A DNA stretch of 64,000 bases from Thermodesulfovibrionales bacterium (GTDB lineage: Bacteria; Nitrospirota; Thermodesulfovibrionia; Thermodesulfovibrionales; SM23-35): contig CAVWBP010000011.1 of NCBI GenBank assembly GCA_963753165.1, forward strand, positions 7,860 to 71,859. Direction: 5' to 3'. The notes below the pieces were generated by a model. The model was not told where the DNA came from. It did no database searches and was given only the letters and a program-made list of their open reading frames with translations. Positions 52,566 through 62,768 of the stretch are shown piece by piece; the stretch's first letter is position 1; each line of letters starts with the position of its first letter. The translations under genes and the position numbers were made by a program.

Positions 52566-53506
52566 ATGGACAGAAGAGAATTTCTTAAGAAAGCCGCTGC
52601 GATAACCGGCGGCTGTCTCGCAGGCAGCAGCCGAACGCGTCGGCAGCAGAATCACTCCGGCTGAACCCCGACAGGTATGGCGTGCTTGTCGATACGACCC
52701 GCTGCATCGGCTGCCGGAGGTGCGAGTGGGCATGCAATGAATGGAACAAAAACCCGAATGAGCCGCTTAAATCTTTTGAAGATAAATCCGTCTTTGAACA
52801 GGTGAGAAGAACCCATGCCGCAACTTTCACCGTGGTGAACCGGTTCCAGGATAAAAAGGGCGCCAAACCTGTCTATGTCAAGAAGCAGTGCATGCATTGT
52901 GAGGACCCTGGATGTCTCTCGGCATGTTTTGTCGATGCCTTTCAAAAAGACATCGGGCGGTGCAGTTGTCTATGACCCCAGTGTCTGTGTCGGCTGCCGG
53001 TACTGCATGGTAGCCTGCCCCTTCGATATCCCTGCATACGAATATGATGACCCTATTACGCCGAGGGTTACAAAATGCACGTTCTGTTTTGACAGGATAC
53101 AGCAGGGAAGGCACGTGTGCCTGCCTGTGTGGAGATATGCCCGACAGAGACTCTCCGCTTCGGCAGGAGAAGTGATCTTATACAGCTTGCTCACGAGAGG
53201 ATCTCGAATAACCCCAATAAATACGTGAACCATGTCTACGGAGAACACGAGGTCGGCGGTACGAGCTGGCTCTATCTCTCATCAGTGCCTTTTGATGAGA
53301 TCGGCTTCAGGACGGATATCGGGACGAAACCAATCCCTACTACGAGCAAGGGGTTTCTCTTCTCGGTAAAAACATTCGAAATTATTGCTGCCTGGCCTCT
53401 TGTCTTTGCGGCATTTTATGCCATATCGAAGGCACGGAAAAAACAGGAGAAAGAAAAACCGGCCGCGTCTGAGAAGAAGGGAGGGGAAGATGGAAAGAAG
53501 CAGTAG
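52566..53506 (+). CDS. hmcB: HmcB-like Tat-exported 4Fe-4S subunit (several frameshifts)
   Basis: MDRREFLK Tat signal; [65 protein letters not shown]. Confidence 0.85.
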
Positions 53507-54710
53507 AACCCCTTCGTCATCCTGGGTCCGGGACAAGATATTTCTCGGCATGAACTTTGGCGATTACCTGAAGAGCAATCTCACCCTGTCGAATGCGATC
53601 TTTGCCCTTATCCTGATCGTGGCGATCCCGGTAATGATATACAGGCTGGTCTATGGACTCGGACCGTCGACGAACCTGACGGATACGAATCCCTGGGGAA
53701 TCTGGATCGGCGTTGACGTGCTCTGCGGAATAGCCCTCGCTGCCGGCGGACTCGTCATGGGAACCATGTATTATCTCTTCGGCATGAAAGAATACCATCA
53801 TTTTGTGAGGCCGGCGATCCTCACCAGCCTCCTCGGATACCTGTTTGCCGTCTTCGCACTGCTCTTTGACCTCGGGCGTTATTACCGGCTTCCCTATCCC
53901 ATGGTCGTGTCGTACGGATTTACCTCGATTATGTTTCTCATCGCATGGCATTTTGCCTTGTACATCATGGTCCTCCTCGTGGAATGGAGCCCTGCGTTTT
54001 TCGAGTGGGTGAACCTGAAGAAGTTCCGTGGGTTTTTTCAGACACTGGCCGTCTGGGCGACGGTATTCGGGGTCATTATCGCCGGCGGCCACCAGTCCGC
54101 ACTCGGAGCGTTGTTCCTCGTTGCCCCGCACAAACTCCATCCGCTCTGGTATTCGGAACTCCTGCCTCTCTATTTTCTTCTCTCGGCGATTATCGCAGGA
54201 CTTGCAATGGTTATATTTGAAAGCACGCTTACCCACAGGGTTTTCAAAAGACAGGTGGGACAGTTCGACCATGCGAAATTTGACAGGCTTACCATGAGTC
54301 TCGGCAAAGGTGCATCTGCAGCGCTCTTTACCTACTTTATGCTGAAAGTGTTCGGGATAGCTCATTCAGATACCTGGGAATACCTGAATACTCCGTACGG
54401 GTACTGGTTTCTGGTAGAAATCCTCGGGTTTGTGCTCCTGCCTTCTTTTCTTTTTGCCTGTGGAGTACGGTATCAGAATGTGACACTCACCCGCTGGACA
54501 GCCTTCGTCACGGTCATCGGAATTGTGCTCAACCGGATAAATACCTCGATTATCGCCTACAACTGGAACGCTTCCGAACGATACTATCCGCTCTGGACAG
54601 AGGTTGTGATAACGATTGGGGTTATAACTATGGGGGTCATCGCATTCAGATGGATCGTGAACAGGATGGCCATCCTCTATGATCATCCGGAGTATGATTC
54701 CCGGCATTGA
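53490..54710 (+). CDS. hmcC: HmcC / NrfD-type integral membrane subunit
   Basis: TNLTDTNPWGIWI, ALAAGG, RPAILT, DLGR, HQSALG, KLHPLW. Confidence 0.85.
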   Translation: MERSSRTPSSSWVRDKIFLGMNFGDYLKSNLTLSNAIFALILIVAIPVMIYRLVYGLGPSTNLTDTNPWGIWIGVDVLCGIALAAGGLVMGTMYYLFGMKEYHHFVRPAILTSLLGYLFAVFALLFDLGRYYRLPYPMVVSYGFTSIMFLIAWHFALYIMVLLVEWSPAFFEWVNLKKFRGFFQTLAVWATVFGVIIAGGHQSALGALFLVAPHKLHPLWYSELLPLYFLLSAIIAGLAMVIFESTLTHRVFKRQVGQFDHAKFDRLTMSLGKGASAALFTYFMLKVFGIAHSDTWEYLNTPYGYWFLVEILGFVLLPSFLFACGVRYQNVTLTRWTAFVTVIGIVLNRINTSIIAYNWNASERYYPLWTEVVITIGVITMGVIAFRWIVNRMAILYDHPEYDSRH

Positions 54711-54754
54711 GGAATGCCCGCCGTATTCAGTCGGAAATTCATGAACGATACGGG

Positions 54755-55228
54755 CTAACCTCTTTTTATGGCATAAGAGTCCAGAAATTCGGCATCTTCC
54801 TCATCCGCCACTGACCAGTAAAAATCACAGAATGAACAGGTGCGGTATTTCTGTTCATATGTTTTCTGTACTGAACCATAACAATGTGTTTGCAGCACAG
54901 CCCAGCAGACCCGCCCGGCGTTCCTGCCGCCATGGACCCCGTCAAGCGATCGTTCTATTGAGGCAGGACACGGACATGTGCCCGATAAAGGAGAACAGTG
55001 CCTGCGCATCTGGAGCCCGCAGCCCATAAACTGCCAGCAGTTCAGTTTCGTCATATCGCCGGAGACAGAAGAATCAAGAACAAGAGACCACCTGCGGATT
55101 TCTTTTATCTGAGGGATGATTTGGTCCCCGAACTCCCTGATCATTTTCTGAGACCAGGCAACATAATCCGATATGCCGATATTCGAGTAATAGATGCCTT
55201 TTGTCACTATGTCTTTAAGCCATTCCAT
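54755..55228 (-). CDS. Protein with a two-CW cysteine-rich domain
   Basis: KLNCWQFMGCG...CPA...GGRNAGRVCW....T.C...CSFCDFY. Confidence 0.7.
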   Translation of the reverse strand: MEWLKDIVTKGIYYSNIGISDYVAWSQKMIREFGDQIIPQIKEIRRWSLVLDSSVSGDMTKLNCWQFMGCGLQMRRHCSPLSGTCPCPASIERSLDGVHGGRNAGRVCWAVLQTHCYGSVQKTYEQKYRTCSFCDFYWSVADEEDAEFLDSYAIKRG

Positions 55229-55858
55229 GGCAGGTTCTCCCGTTCCCCTCTGTTGCAGCGTTAAGCATTCCCCATACCTGTTTCACCTTCCCATCCCATA
55301 CAGAGATCCCGGAAATCCACCATGTCCATTTCCTGCTCACACCATAAACACCGTAAGTCATGACCGACCAGAAACAGTTCCAGCAGCATTGGTCAGATGC
55401 GTGGGTGTGCTTTTCGATGGCGACGTTTTCGTTAAACTGTATATTTCCTATGAACCGCATTCAGATCATGGATAACCATACATGCCTCCTTTCTTTTTGA
55501 ACTTGATATCCCCTGCCGGGTTATTTTGCAGAATCCCGCAGGGGATATCATTATAAAAAGCCGGACATGCCTCTCTCGTCTCCTTCGGCAGCCCGGCTGT
55601 GCTTGTATACACTCAGCACCCTTTGCTTTCCGCCCCTTTCTCACGAAAGGTTTGGTATTATCGGGATTCTATTTCCTACTATACAGAATTCACGGTATTT
55701 GTCATTGATATTGCTCAATTCCGGGATTAACAAAAGTCAAGGCGTCCCTGCAGAGCATAGAGAAAAAACTGCTGGAATGGCCGGTTGCGGGAAATGACTG
55801 ACACTGCGCACGATTACTCCGAAGGAGCAGGGAATACCGGGGCGGGTATCCAGTGGGG

Positions 55859-56560
55859 TTATTGAAAAGAGTCCAGATTCAGGAGAATGGACCCGTCTTT
55901 TCTCCTCTGAATTTCATGCCGCGTCTCCAGTTCCTTCAGGAGACGGCTGAGATGCTCGGGCGTAACGGCAAGAATCTGGGCCAGTTCCTTATATTTCAAT
56001 GGCAGAGTGATTTTTGCCTGTCTGTCAGCCACCTTTTTTGAAGGCATATCGGGGAGGAACCTGAACAGCATATGCTTCAGGCGTTCTTTTGCGGGAACAC
56101 ACCCGAGTGTCACCAGTGTTCTTGCATGATTGAATATTTCCTGGCTGAGCAGTTTCATTAAATGAACGGAGAAATCTGTATTTGAATGTACAAGATGCAG
56201 GAATTTTTCTGCAGATATGCATCTCAACGCGCATTGGGTCAATGTAGCTATGGTGAAAGAATAAGGTTTCCCCAGGAGCACTGACGGAGCGCCGATAAGC
56301 CAGTTCTGATGTCTCAGTCCGGCAATCACTTCATGCCCCTCCTGGTCTGCCCACGTTAATTTGACCTCTCCTGATTTCAGAAAATAGACAGCATGGGAAG
56401 GCGTATCCTGCCTGATTATTTCGGTGTATGCAGGATATATCTGGACAGGCCCCCATCCGTAGGTGCTGCAGATCGGCTCTTCCAGAAAAGAGAGCAGGAA
56501 GGAATCCAGCCATGTGCTGTTGTCATTCTCATAGGGTAAGCCGGAACAGGTGTTCTTCAT
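55859..56560 (-). CDS. Crp/Fnr family transcriptional regulator
   Basis: cNMP-binding-like region (VYFLKSGEVKL) and HTH ELAQILAVTPEHLSRLLKEL. Confidence 0.88.
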   Translation of the reverse strand: MKNTCSGLPYENDNSTWLDSFLLSFLEEPICSTYGWGPVQIYPAYTEIIRQDTPSHAVYFLKSGEVKLTWADQEGHEVIAGLRHQNWLIGAPSVLLGKPYSFTIATLTQCALRCISAEKFLHLVHSNTDFSVHLMKLLSQEIFNHARTLVTLGCVPAKERLKHMLFRFLPDMPSKKVADRQAKITLPLKYKELAQILAVTPEHLSRLLKELETRHEIQRRKDGSILLNLDSFQ

Positions 56561-56724
56561 GTCGGATCGTGTCCTCCATGATTCATTATAAGTAAAAATA
56601 AAAAAGATTGTCAATCTCAGGAATATTCTTGTTTTTTTGTTAAAAATGCTCAGAAGAGCAATAGTTAGCATATGCTATAATATATTCTAATGATAAAAAT
56701 AACAGTCAAAGAAAGGATAACCAG

Positions 56725-57561
56725 ATGCCAAAAGGTGTTGCATTAACGATAGGCCTAAATTCGGTTGATCCAAAACACTATCAGGGATGGACGGGTAATC
56801 TCAATGCCTGCGAGGCTGATGCTATGGACATGGCTGACATCGCGAAGTCTAAGAAATTCAGGGTTAAGACTCTTCTCACCAGAGTGGCAACGAGAAAGGC
56901 GGTTATCGGCGAACTGTCAAAGGCAGCCAAGGCGCTGAAACCAGGTGATATTTTTATGCTGAGTTATTCGGGTCACGGCGGTCAGTTGCCGGATATCAAC
57001 GGCGACGAGCCTGATGCAATGGATGAAACCTGGTGTTTGTACGACGGTGAACTTGTAGATGACGAACTCTATGCAGTGCTCGGAGAATTCAGAAAAGGTG
57101 TGCGCGTTTTGGTATTCTCAGACAGCTGCCACAGCGGTACTGTAGTCAAGATGGCCTATTATCAGGGCACCATGCAGGCCCGGAATTCAAGCATAAGTTC
57201 CCAACAAATGCGTTACCGTTTCATGCCTCCGGATGTTGCCTTGCGGACCTACCGGAATAATAAGACCTTTTATGATGCAATACTGAAAGACCCAAAGCTG
57301 AGAGGAACGGATGAGAAAGTAAAAGCATCTATACTGCTGATATCAGGCTGTCAGGACAACCAGTATTCTGCAGACGGCGATTTCAACGGCCTCTTCACCG
57401 CAAACCTTCTTCACGTATGGAACAACGGGAGATTCACAAGAGGATACAGGGCGTTTTATAAAGCGATTGTAAAACGCATGCCGCCGGACCAGACGCCCAA
57501 CTATTTTACGGCAGGGTTGAGAAACACGAAGTTTGAGGCACAGATACCGTTTACGGTGTAA
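56725..57561 (+). CDS. Caspase-family (C14) protease
   Basis: YSGHGGQ and SDSCHSG dyad, DETW, ISGCQDNQ.S.D, GLFT. Confidence 0.92.
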   Translation: MPKGVALTIGLNSVDPKHYQGWTGNLNACEADAMDMADIAKSKKFRVKTLLTRVATRKAVIGELSKAAKALKPGDIFMLSYSGHGGQLPDINGDEPDAMDETWCLYDGELVDDELYAVLGEFRKGVRVLVFSDSCHSGTVVKMAYYQGTMQARNSSISSQQMRYRFMPPDVALRTYRNNKTFYDAILKDPKLRGTDEKVKASILLISGCQDNQYSADGDFNGLFTANLLHVWNNGRFTRGYRAFYKAIVKRMPPDQTPNYFTAGLRNTKFEAQIPFTV

Positions 57562-57592
57562 TCAAAGAAACCTTTGCCATAGGAGCAAATAC

Positions 57593-58312
57593 ATGCCTTA
57601 TAACTGGGAAGGTGATCTCATACTTCAGAATACCATGATAGAGAAGAAAAGGTATGTAATTGGTACCAGCAATACACAGGTAAAGGCAGACATAAGAGAA
57701 TGGATATCTTTTGAAGATAATATTGTTTTAAAAGAGGTAATAAACAAACTTGCGGAAAGAAATAAATTGCCCAGAACTAAACACCCAGGAGATTTTGACA
57801 GGAGGGCAAGAGTTCTCTGGGATTTTGTAGCCAGGAATATCAAATATGTCCGCGATAGTGAACAGCAGCGAAAGGAAGACTTCTGGCTCTTCCCTCCTGA
57901 AATTTGTACCTTGAAGCAGGGAGACTGTGAAGACAGCAGCTTCCTGCTTGGAAGCCTGTTCCTGGCAAGCGGTATAAGCCCCTTCTGTGTGAGAGTAGTG
58001 TTGGGAGAGGTATATGATGAAAATGGAAAATCCATCGGTGGTCATTGCTGGCCGGTCTATAAAAACGAGATGGGGAAATGGTGTATTCTTGAGAGCACAT
58101 TAGACAGAATTCCCTCATATTTTCCCGTAGCAGACAACCTTTCAGAAAAGAAGCAGTATTTTCAATATATCCCTTATTACTGTTTCAATAACCGTCACCT
58201 TTGGTTGATTTTCCCTGAAAACGACCGGGATGAAAAGATGCCACAGAATCTAAACAGATATCTCAGACTTCGTCGCAAGAAGGTAAATATGAACACGGTC
58301 CGTTTTCCTTAG
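57593..58312 (+). CDS. Transglutaminase-like cysteine protease
   Basis: IKYVRD...DFWLFPPE...GDCED...GHCW...ILEST; RBS AGGAG. Confidence 0.8.
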   Translation: MPYNWEGDLILQNTMIEKKRYVIGTSNTQVKADIREWISFEDNIVLKEVINKLAERNKLPRTKHPGDFDRRARVLWDFVARNIKYVRDSEQQRKEDFWLFPPEICTLKQGDCEDSSFLLGSLFLASGISPFCVRVVLGEVYDENGKSIGGHCWPVYKNEMGKWCILESTLDRIPSYFPVADNLSEKKQYFQYIPYYCFNNRHLWLIFPENDRDEKMPQNLNRYLRLRRKKVNMNTVRFP

Positions 58313-58336
58313 GGTTAGCAACTCTCTTGCATATCT

Positions 58337-59095
58337 CTAGGGAACCGTATCGACCGAGGCGAACTGAGGTTCGTGGAGCGGGATCAGGATATCCGCCATT
58401 TCTCTGACTTTCATCATAATATTGTATGCTTCCTTCGGGTTTATTGAGGTTCCGGGCGGTATGACGTCCATCTCCATAGCCTTAATTCTTGGCGGCGGAT
58501 TAAAATTTTCCATGATCACGCAAAAACCGGTAATCGCTGCGGTGCCCTTTTCAGTATCGATCAATACTGTCATGCCTCCTTCAGTATGGGCAGGGGTATG
58601 TATTACCCTGATACCGGGAAGGATGCCGGCATCTCCGGACAATTTCCGGATCTGACCGTTCTTCTCAACGTCGGCGATATAATCTTCCATATAGCGGAAG
58701 TCCAGAGGATGAGAGTTGTGAATGCTTTCGAGTTCCTTTTCATGTACATAGAACACCGCGTTCCTGCATTTATCGTCATTTTCGCAATGGTCGTTATGCA
58801 AGTGGGTGTGGATTACGATATCGATATCTTCAGGTTTCAACCCCCACCGGGCAAGCCCTTCTTCGAATGTGTAAATCTTTCCTCCAATAGCTTCCTCCCG
58901 CTCCTTTGATTTCAGGGGAGCAAACTCGCCTGTATCCACAAGTATCTTTTTATCGCCACCCTCAAGATACCAGCAGTAAATTGGAATAGTGTAGGGTTTT
59001 CCGTAGTCATGCTGGTAAGTCATCATTCCTTTGTCAAAAGCTTTTGTGCCCATTACGATTGGGTGTATCTTATAAGTTTTCTCTTGCGCGTTCAT
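58337..59095 (-). CDS. Metallo-beta-lactamase fold hydrolase (AHL-lactonase-like)
   Basis: LVDTG, THLHNDH, HTPAHT, IPLHE. Confidence 0.85.
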   Translation of the reverse strand: MNAQEKTYKIHPIVMGTKAFDKGMMTYQHDYGKPYTIPIYCWYLEGGDKKILVDTGEFAPLKSKEREEAIGGKIYTFEEGLARWGLKPEDIDIVIHTHLHNDHCENDDKCRNAVFYVHEKELESIHNSHPLDFRYMEDYIADVEKNGQIRKLSGDAGILPGIRVIHTPAHTEGGMTVLIDTEKGTAAITGFCVIMENFNPPPRIKAMEMDVIPPGTSINPKEAYNIMMKVREMADILIPLHEPQFASVDTVP

Positions 59096-59218
59096 TGTAT
59101 TTTCTCCTTTCTTCTATTATAAAAAAACGAGGACATATTTCTTGCTGTAGAAAACCGATACAATTTATGCAACAGTAGCTCTATGAGAACATCCCCCTCA
59201 CTGATTTATATAAAATAC

Positions 59219-59267
59219 TTGACAGCTGTTTCTTGATTTTATTATAATGAAAATGAAAATCATTATC
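59219..59267 (+). promoter_or_regulatory. sigma70 promoter plus Fur box
   Basis: TTGACA, 18-bp spacer, TATAAT; GAAAATGAAAATCATTATC (59249-59267) matches the canonical 19-bp Fur box at 17 positions. Confidence 0.85.
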
Positions 59268-59294
59268 AATAATAATATTTAAGGAGACGTACTG

Positions 59295-59768
59295 ATGCCC
59301 TGGAAAGATGGAACCGGGCCACCCTGGCTGCATGGAAAATTTAAAGGTTGCGGTTACAGGATGACGATGCCGAGACAGGTAATCCTTGATGTCCTCAATG
59401 AAACAGCAGATCACGTAAGCGCTGAAGACATATATCACAAGGTACATGGCGCGTATCCCTCTGTCGGATTGACAACGGTATACAGAACTCTCGAACTGCT
59501 GGTGCATATGGGTTTGGTGTATAAATTTGATTTCGGGGACGGCAGGGCGCGCTATGAATTGGCTGAGGGGCCAAAGAGTATCGGCCACCACCACCATCTT
59601 GTCTGCACCGGCTGTAGACGGATTATTGATTATACGGATTTTATCGATGAAGAGATCGAACTCCTCAAACAGACAGAAAAGGGACTTTCAAAAAAATACA
59701 AGTTCAAGGTTACGAATCATCTCATTCAGTTTTACGGATTGTGTGCAGCCTGTCAGGGAATGGGATAA
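59295..59768 (+). CDS. fur: Fur family transcriptional regulator
   Basis: RMTMPR, HVSAEDIY, TVYRTL, HHHHLVCTGC, GLCAAC. Confidence 0.92.
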   Translation: MPWKDGTGPPWLHGKFKGCGYRMTMPRQVILDVLNETADHVSAEDIYHKVHGAYPSVGLTTVYRTLELLVHMGLVYKFDFGDGRARYELAEGPKSIGHHHHLVCTGCRRIIDYTDFIDEEIELLKQTEKGLSKKYKFKVTNHLIQFYGLCAACQGMG

Positions 59769-59786
59769 AAAAATTTACTGCTTATT

Positions 59787-59805
59787 GATAATGATTATCA
59801 TTAGC
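59787..59805 (+). promoter_or_regulatory. Second Fur box
   Basis: GATAATGATTATCATTAGC, 17 of 19 matches to GATAATGATAATCATTATC. Confidence 0.85.
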
Positions 59806-59831
59806 ATAACAAGGAAAGGAGGTGCATGACA

Positions 59832-59894
59832 ATGCCATTTAGAGACAGATCAGGACCACGGGGATTAGGACCAGAAACAGGAAAAAGAGCTTAA
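59832..59894 (+). pseudogene. Truncated DUF5320-like gene
   Basis: MPFRDRSGPRGLGPETGKRA then stop; strong RBS AAAGGAGGT; followed by a palindromic element at 59899-59990. Confidence 0.6.
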
Positions 59895-60047
59895 GGATGT
59901 CATTGCGGTCCGCCCCCCTTCCGGCAGTGAGAAAGAGGACGGGCCATCCCTCACCCAATTAGTTACTGCCTCTAAGCGGGTCGCAATGACTTTTTTCCTG
60001 TCAGACTATAAAGGGAACCATCGGAAGGAGCGAAGAGAGGTAACACT

Positions 60048-60416
60048 ATGAAAATCTGCATAAGTTCACAGGGAAACACATTGGATGCACAGGTTGATCC
60101 CAGGTTCGGGAGATGCCGGTACTTTCTTATAGTTGACACTGATACTATGGAGTTCGAGCCGGTCAGAAATCCGAATATTGATGCGAGCGGGGGCGCAGGG
60201 ATCCAGTCCGGGCAGGCGATGGCAGACAGGCAGGTAACCGCGGTAGTTACAGGAAATGTGGGCCCTAATGCCTTCCAGGCACTTCATGCGGCAGGGATTT
60301 CTGTAATAACAGGTGCATCCGGCAACGTCAGACAAGCTATAGAACAATACAAAAAAGGGGAATTGAAAGCCACACAAGGACCAACAACCGGCGCCATGAT
60401 GGCGCATGGAAAATAA
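60048..60416 (+). CDS. NifB/NifX family protein
   Basis: VDPRFGRCRYF, GGAGIQ, TGNVGPNAF. Confidence 0.9.
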   Translation: MKICISSQGNTLDAQVDPRFGRCRYFLIVDTDTMEFEPVRNPNIDASGGAGIQSGQAMADRQVTAVVTGNVGPNAFQALHAAGISVITGASGNVRQAIEQYKKGELKATQGPTTGAMMAHGK

Positions 60417-60428
60417 GGAGGTGATTAA

Positions 60429-60650
60429 ATGCCGAAAGGTCAGGGGCAATGTTCTGGTGCTGGCGCCGAGATGGGAAGAGGCGCGGGAAGAAGCGGTGGC
60501 AAAAGCGGAACGGGAGGCAACAGACGGGCTGGAGGAGCGGTAGGCAGTTGTATATGCCGGAACTGCGGAGAGCAAACTCCCCATCAGCAGGGAGTCCCAT
60601 GCTATTCAGTCAACTGCCCCAAATGCGGGGTAAAAATGATGCGGGCATAA
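60429..60650 (+). CDS. Small Gly-rich protein with a Cys-rich zinc-ribbon-like tail
   Basis: CICRNCG...PH..GVPC....CPKCG.KMMR. Confidence 0.8.
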   Translation: MPKGQGQCSGAGAEMGRGAGRSGGKSGTGGNRRAGGAVGSCICRNCGEQTPHQQGVPCYSVNCPKCGVKMMRA

Positions 60651-60686
60651 ATTAGAGAATACAGCAGGAGCATTCTATAAGGGATT

Positions 60687-61550
60687 ATGATCATTTCAAT
60701 AGCGAGCGGTAAAGGCGGTACAGGAAAGACCACTGTTGCGGTGAATCTGGCCTTATCTCTGCATAATGTCCAATTTCTCGACTGTGATGTTGAGGAGCCG
60801 AATGCACATCTGTTTCTGAACCCAGAAATCCATTCTCAGAATGTTGCCACTATCCCAATCCCTCAGGTTGATGAGGCGCTTTGCGACTTCTGTGGAAAAT
60901 GCCGCGAGATTTGCGCCTACAATGCGATTGCAGTATTCCCAGGAAAAGAAAACACCAGGGGTGGTGTTTTGGTATTCCCTCATCTCTGCCACGGCTGTGG
61001 CGGATGCAGTCTCTTCTGCCCCAGGTCTGCAATCAGCGAGATACCCAGAGAAATAGGTAGTATTGAGCAGGGCTATTCCGGAGATATAGAGTTTATTCAC
61101 GGAAAGCTCAATATCGGTGAAATTATGTCACCCCCCCTGATCAGGCAGGTGAAAGCATACACCAATTCTGAAAAGACAGTCATCATCGATAGTCCCCCAG
61201 GGACTTCTTGTCCTGTTATCGGCTCGGTGAGAGGAAGCGATTTCTGCATCCTCGTTACCGAGCCGACTCCTTTTGGCCTCTACGATATGACATTGGCCGT
61301 TGAGGTGCTGGAAAAACTCCGGATACCATTTGGAGTTGTCATAAACCGTTCGACTATTGGAAACAGGTCAGTTGATGAGTATTGCCGTATTAAAAATATC
61401 CCAATACTTATGCGTATTCCGTTTGACAGAGAGATTGCCTCTCTCTATTCACAGGGGATTCCTTTTGTAAAAGAAAAAAATGAATATAGAAAAAAATTCC
61501 ATGACATGGTGCGATTATCCGAAATACAACAAATGGTGTACAGGAAATGA
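60687..61550 (+). CDS. MinD-like P-loop ATPase with inserted 2x[4Fe-4S] domain
   Basis: SGKGGTGKT, DCDVEEPN, two CxxCxxCxxxC motifs, DSPPGTSCP, TEPTPFG. Confidence 0.9.
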   Translation: MIISIASGKGGTGKTTVAVNLALSLHNVQFLDCDVEEPNAHLFLNPEIHSQNVATIPIPQVDEALCDFCGKCREICAYNAIAVFPGKENTRGGVLVFPHLCHGCGGCSLFCPRSAISEIPREIGSIEQGYSGDIEFIHGKLNIGEIMSPPLIRQVKAYTNSEKTVIIDSPPGTSCPVIGSVRGSDFCILVTEPTPFGLYDMTLAVEVLEKLRIPFGVVINRSTIGNRSVDEYCRIKNIPILMRIPFDREIASLYSQGIPFVKEKNEYRKKFHDMVRLSEIQQMVYRK

Positions 61551-61625
61551 AGAGACCCATGAGGTGCAATTATATGGACAACGCAGCATGCGGTATATTC
61601 CGGAATTGTACTGGTTGAAGATACG

Positions 61626-62477
61626 ATGAAACAGATAGCTATCATTAGCGGTAAGGGAGGAACAGGAAAAACAATCCTCACGGCATCTCTTGCCGCATTG
61701 GCGGAAAACAAGGTTATGGCCGACTGCGATGTCGACGCGGCAGATCTGCATCTGATCCTGCACCCTGAGATCAGAGAACATCATGAGTTCAGGAGCGGAA
61801 AGACCGCGGTGGTAAACAGCGGTCTGTGCCAGGGATGCGGCGAATGTGTAAAAGCCTGTCGTTTTAATGCAATCAGCGAGCATTTTATGATAGACCCCAT
61901 CGCCTGTGAAGGGTGCGGGGTATGCAGTCATATCTGTCCTTCTGGGGCAGTGTTTATGGAAGAAAATATGTCAGGGGAATGGTTTGTTTCTGATACCCGG
62001 TATGGGCCGATGGTACATGCAGCATTGGGCATTGCGGAAGAAAATTCAGGCAAGCTGGTCACCCTTGTCAGACAGCATGCGACAAGCATTGCAGAGGACG
62101 AAAAGAGGGCCTATGTGCTCATCGACGGGCCTCCGGGAATAGGGTGTCCGGTTATCGCTTCGCTTACGGGAGCCGATCTGGCAATAATTATAACAGAGCC
62201 AACCCTTTCCGGGATGCACGACCTCGAACGGGTCTTACAGGTCGCCCGCCATTTCAATATCCCCGCAAAAGTTGTGGTCAACAAGTTTGATCTCAATACA
62301 ACAAATACTGAGCGTATCAAACAAACAAGCAAAGACAAGGGAATAGAAGTGCTTGCGCTTCTTCCTTTTTCCGAACAGGTAAGCGAGTCAATAGTCAGTG
62401 GTGTCCCGCTGGTAAAATACGGTAATGGCCGGATTGTGAAGGAAGTTGAGATTCTCTGGGAAAAGATAAAAAATTGA
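61626..62477 (+). CDS. Second MinD-like P-loop ATPase with inserted ferredoxin
   Basis: SGKGGTGKT, DCDVDAAD, two CxxCxxCxxxC motifs, SGKLV, DGPPGIGCP. Confidence 0.9.
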   Translation: MKQIAIISGKGGTGKTILTASLAALAENKVMADCDVDAADLHLILHPEIREHHEFRSGKTAVVNSGLCQGCGECVKACRFNAISEHFMIDPIACEGCGVCSHICPSGAVFMEENMSGEWFVSDTRYGPMVHAALGIAEENSGKLVTLVRQHATSIAEDEKRAYVLIDGPPGIGCPVIASLTGADLAIIITEPTLSGMHDLERVLQVARHFNIPAKVVVNKFDLNTTNTERIKQTSKDKGIEVLALLPFSEQVSESIVSGVPLVKYGNGRIVKEVEILWEKIKN

Positions 62478-62768
62478 AAGGTCATGGGAGATAAGGCAGC
62501 CTTTTCCTGCGAATGTGCCGTGTGACGATTTTTTCATACATAAAAATACCGTTCATATATGAATGGATAATAGAAATTTAAGGAAAATCCTGCGGAAAAT
62601 AGTTATTGACTTTTTTGCAGAACTTATGATAATTTTGCTAACCATACAACCGAAATATAGTAAGAGAGATGTATTCTTTATTGAAGCACTCAAAGCTTCA
62701 GGCTCTTACTGTAAAATGCACGACAGAAATTATTTAACAACATTATCTCGAAGAGAAAAGGGAAAACT

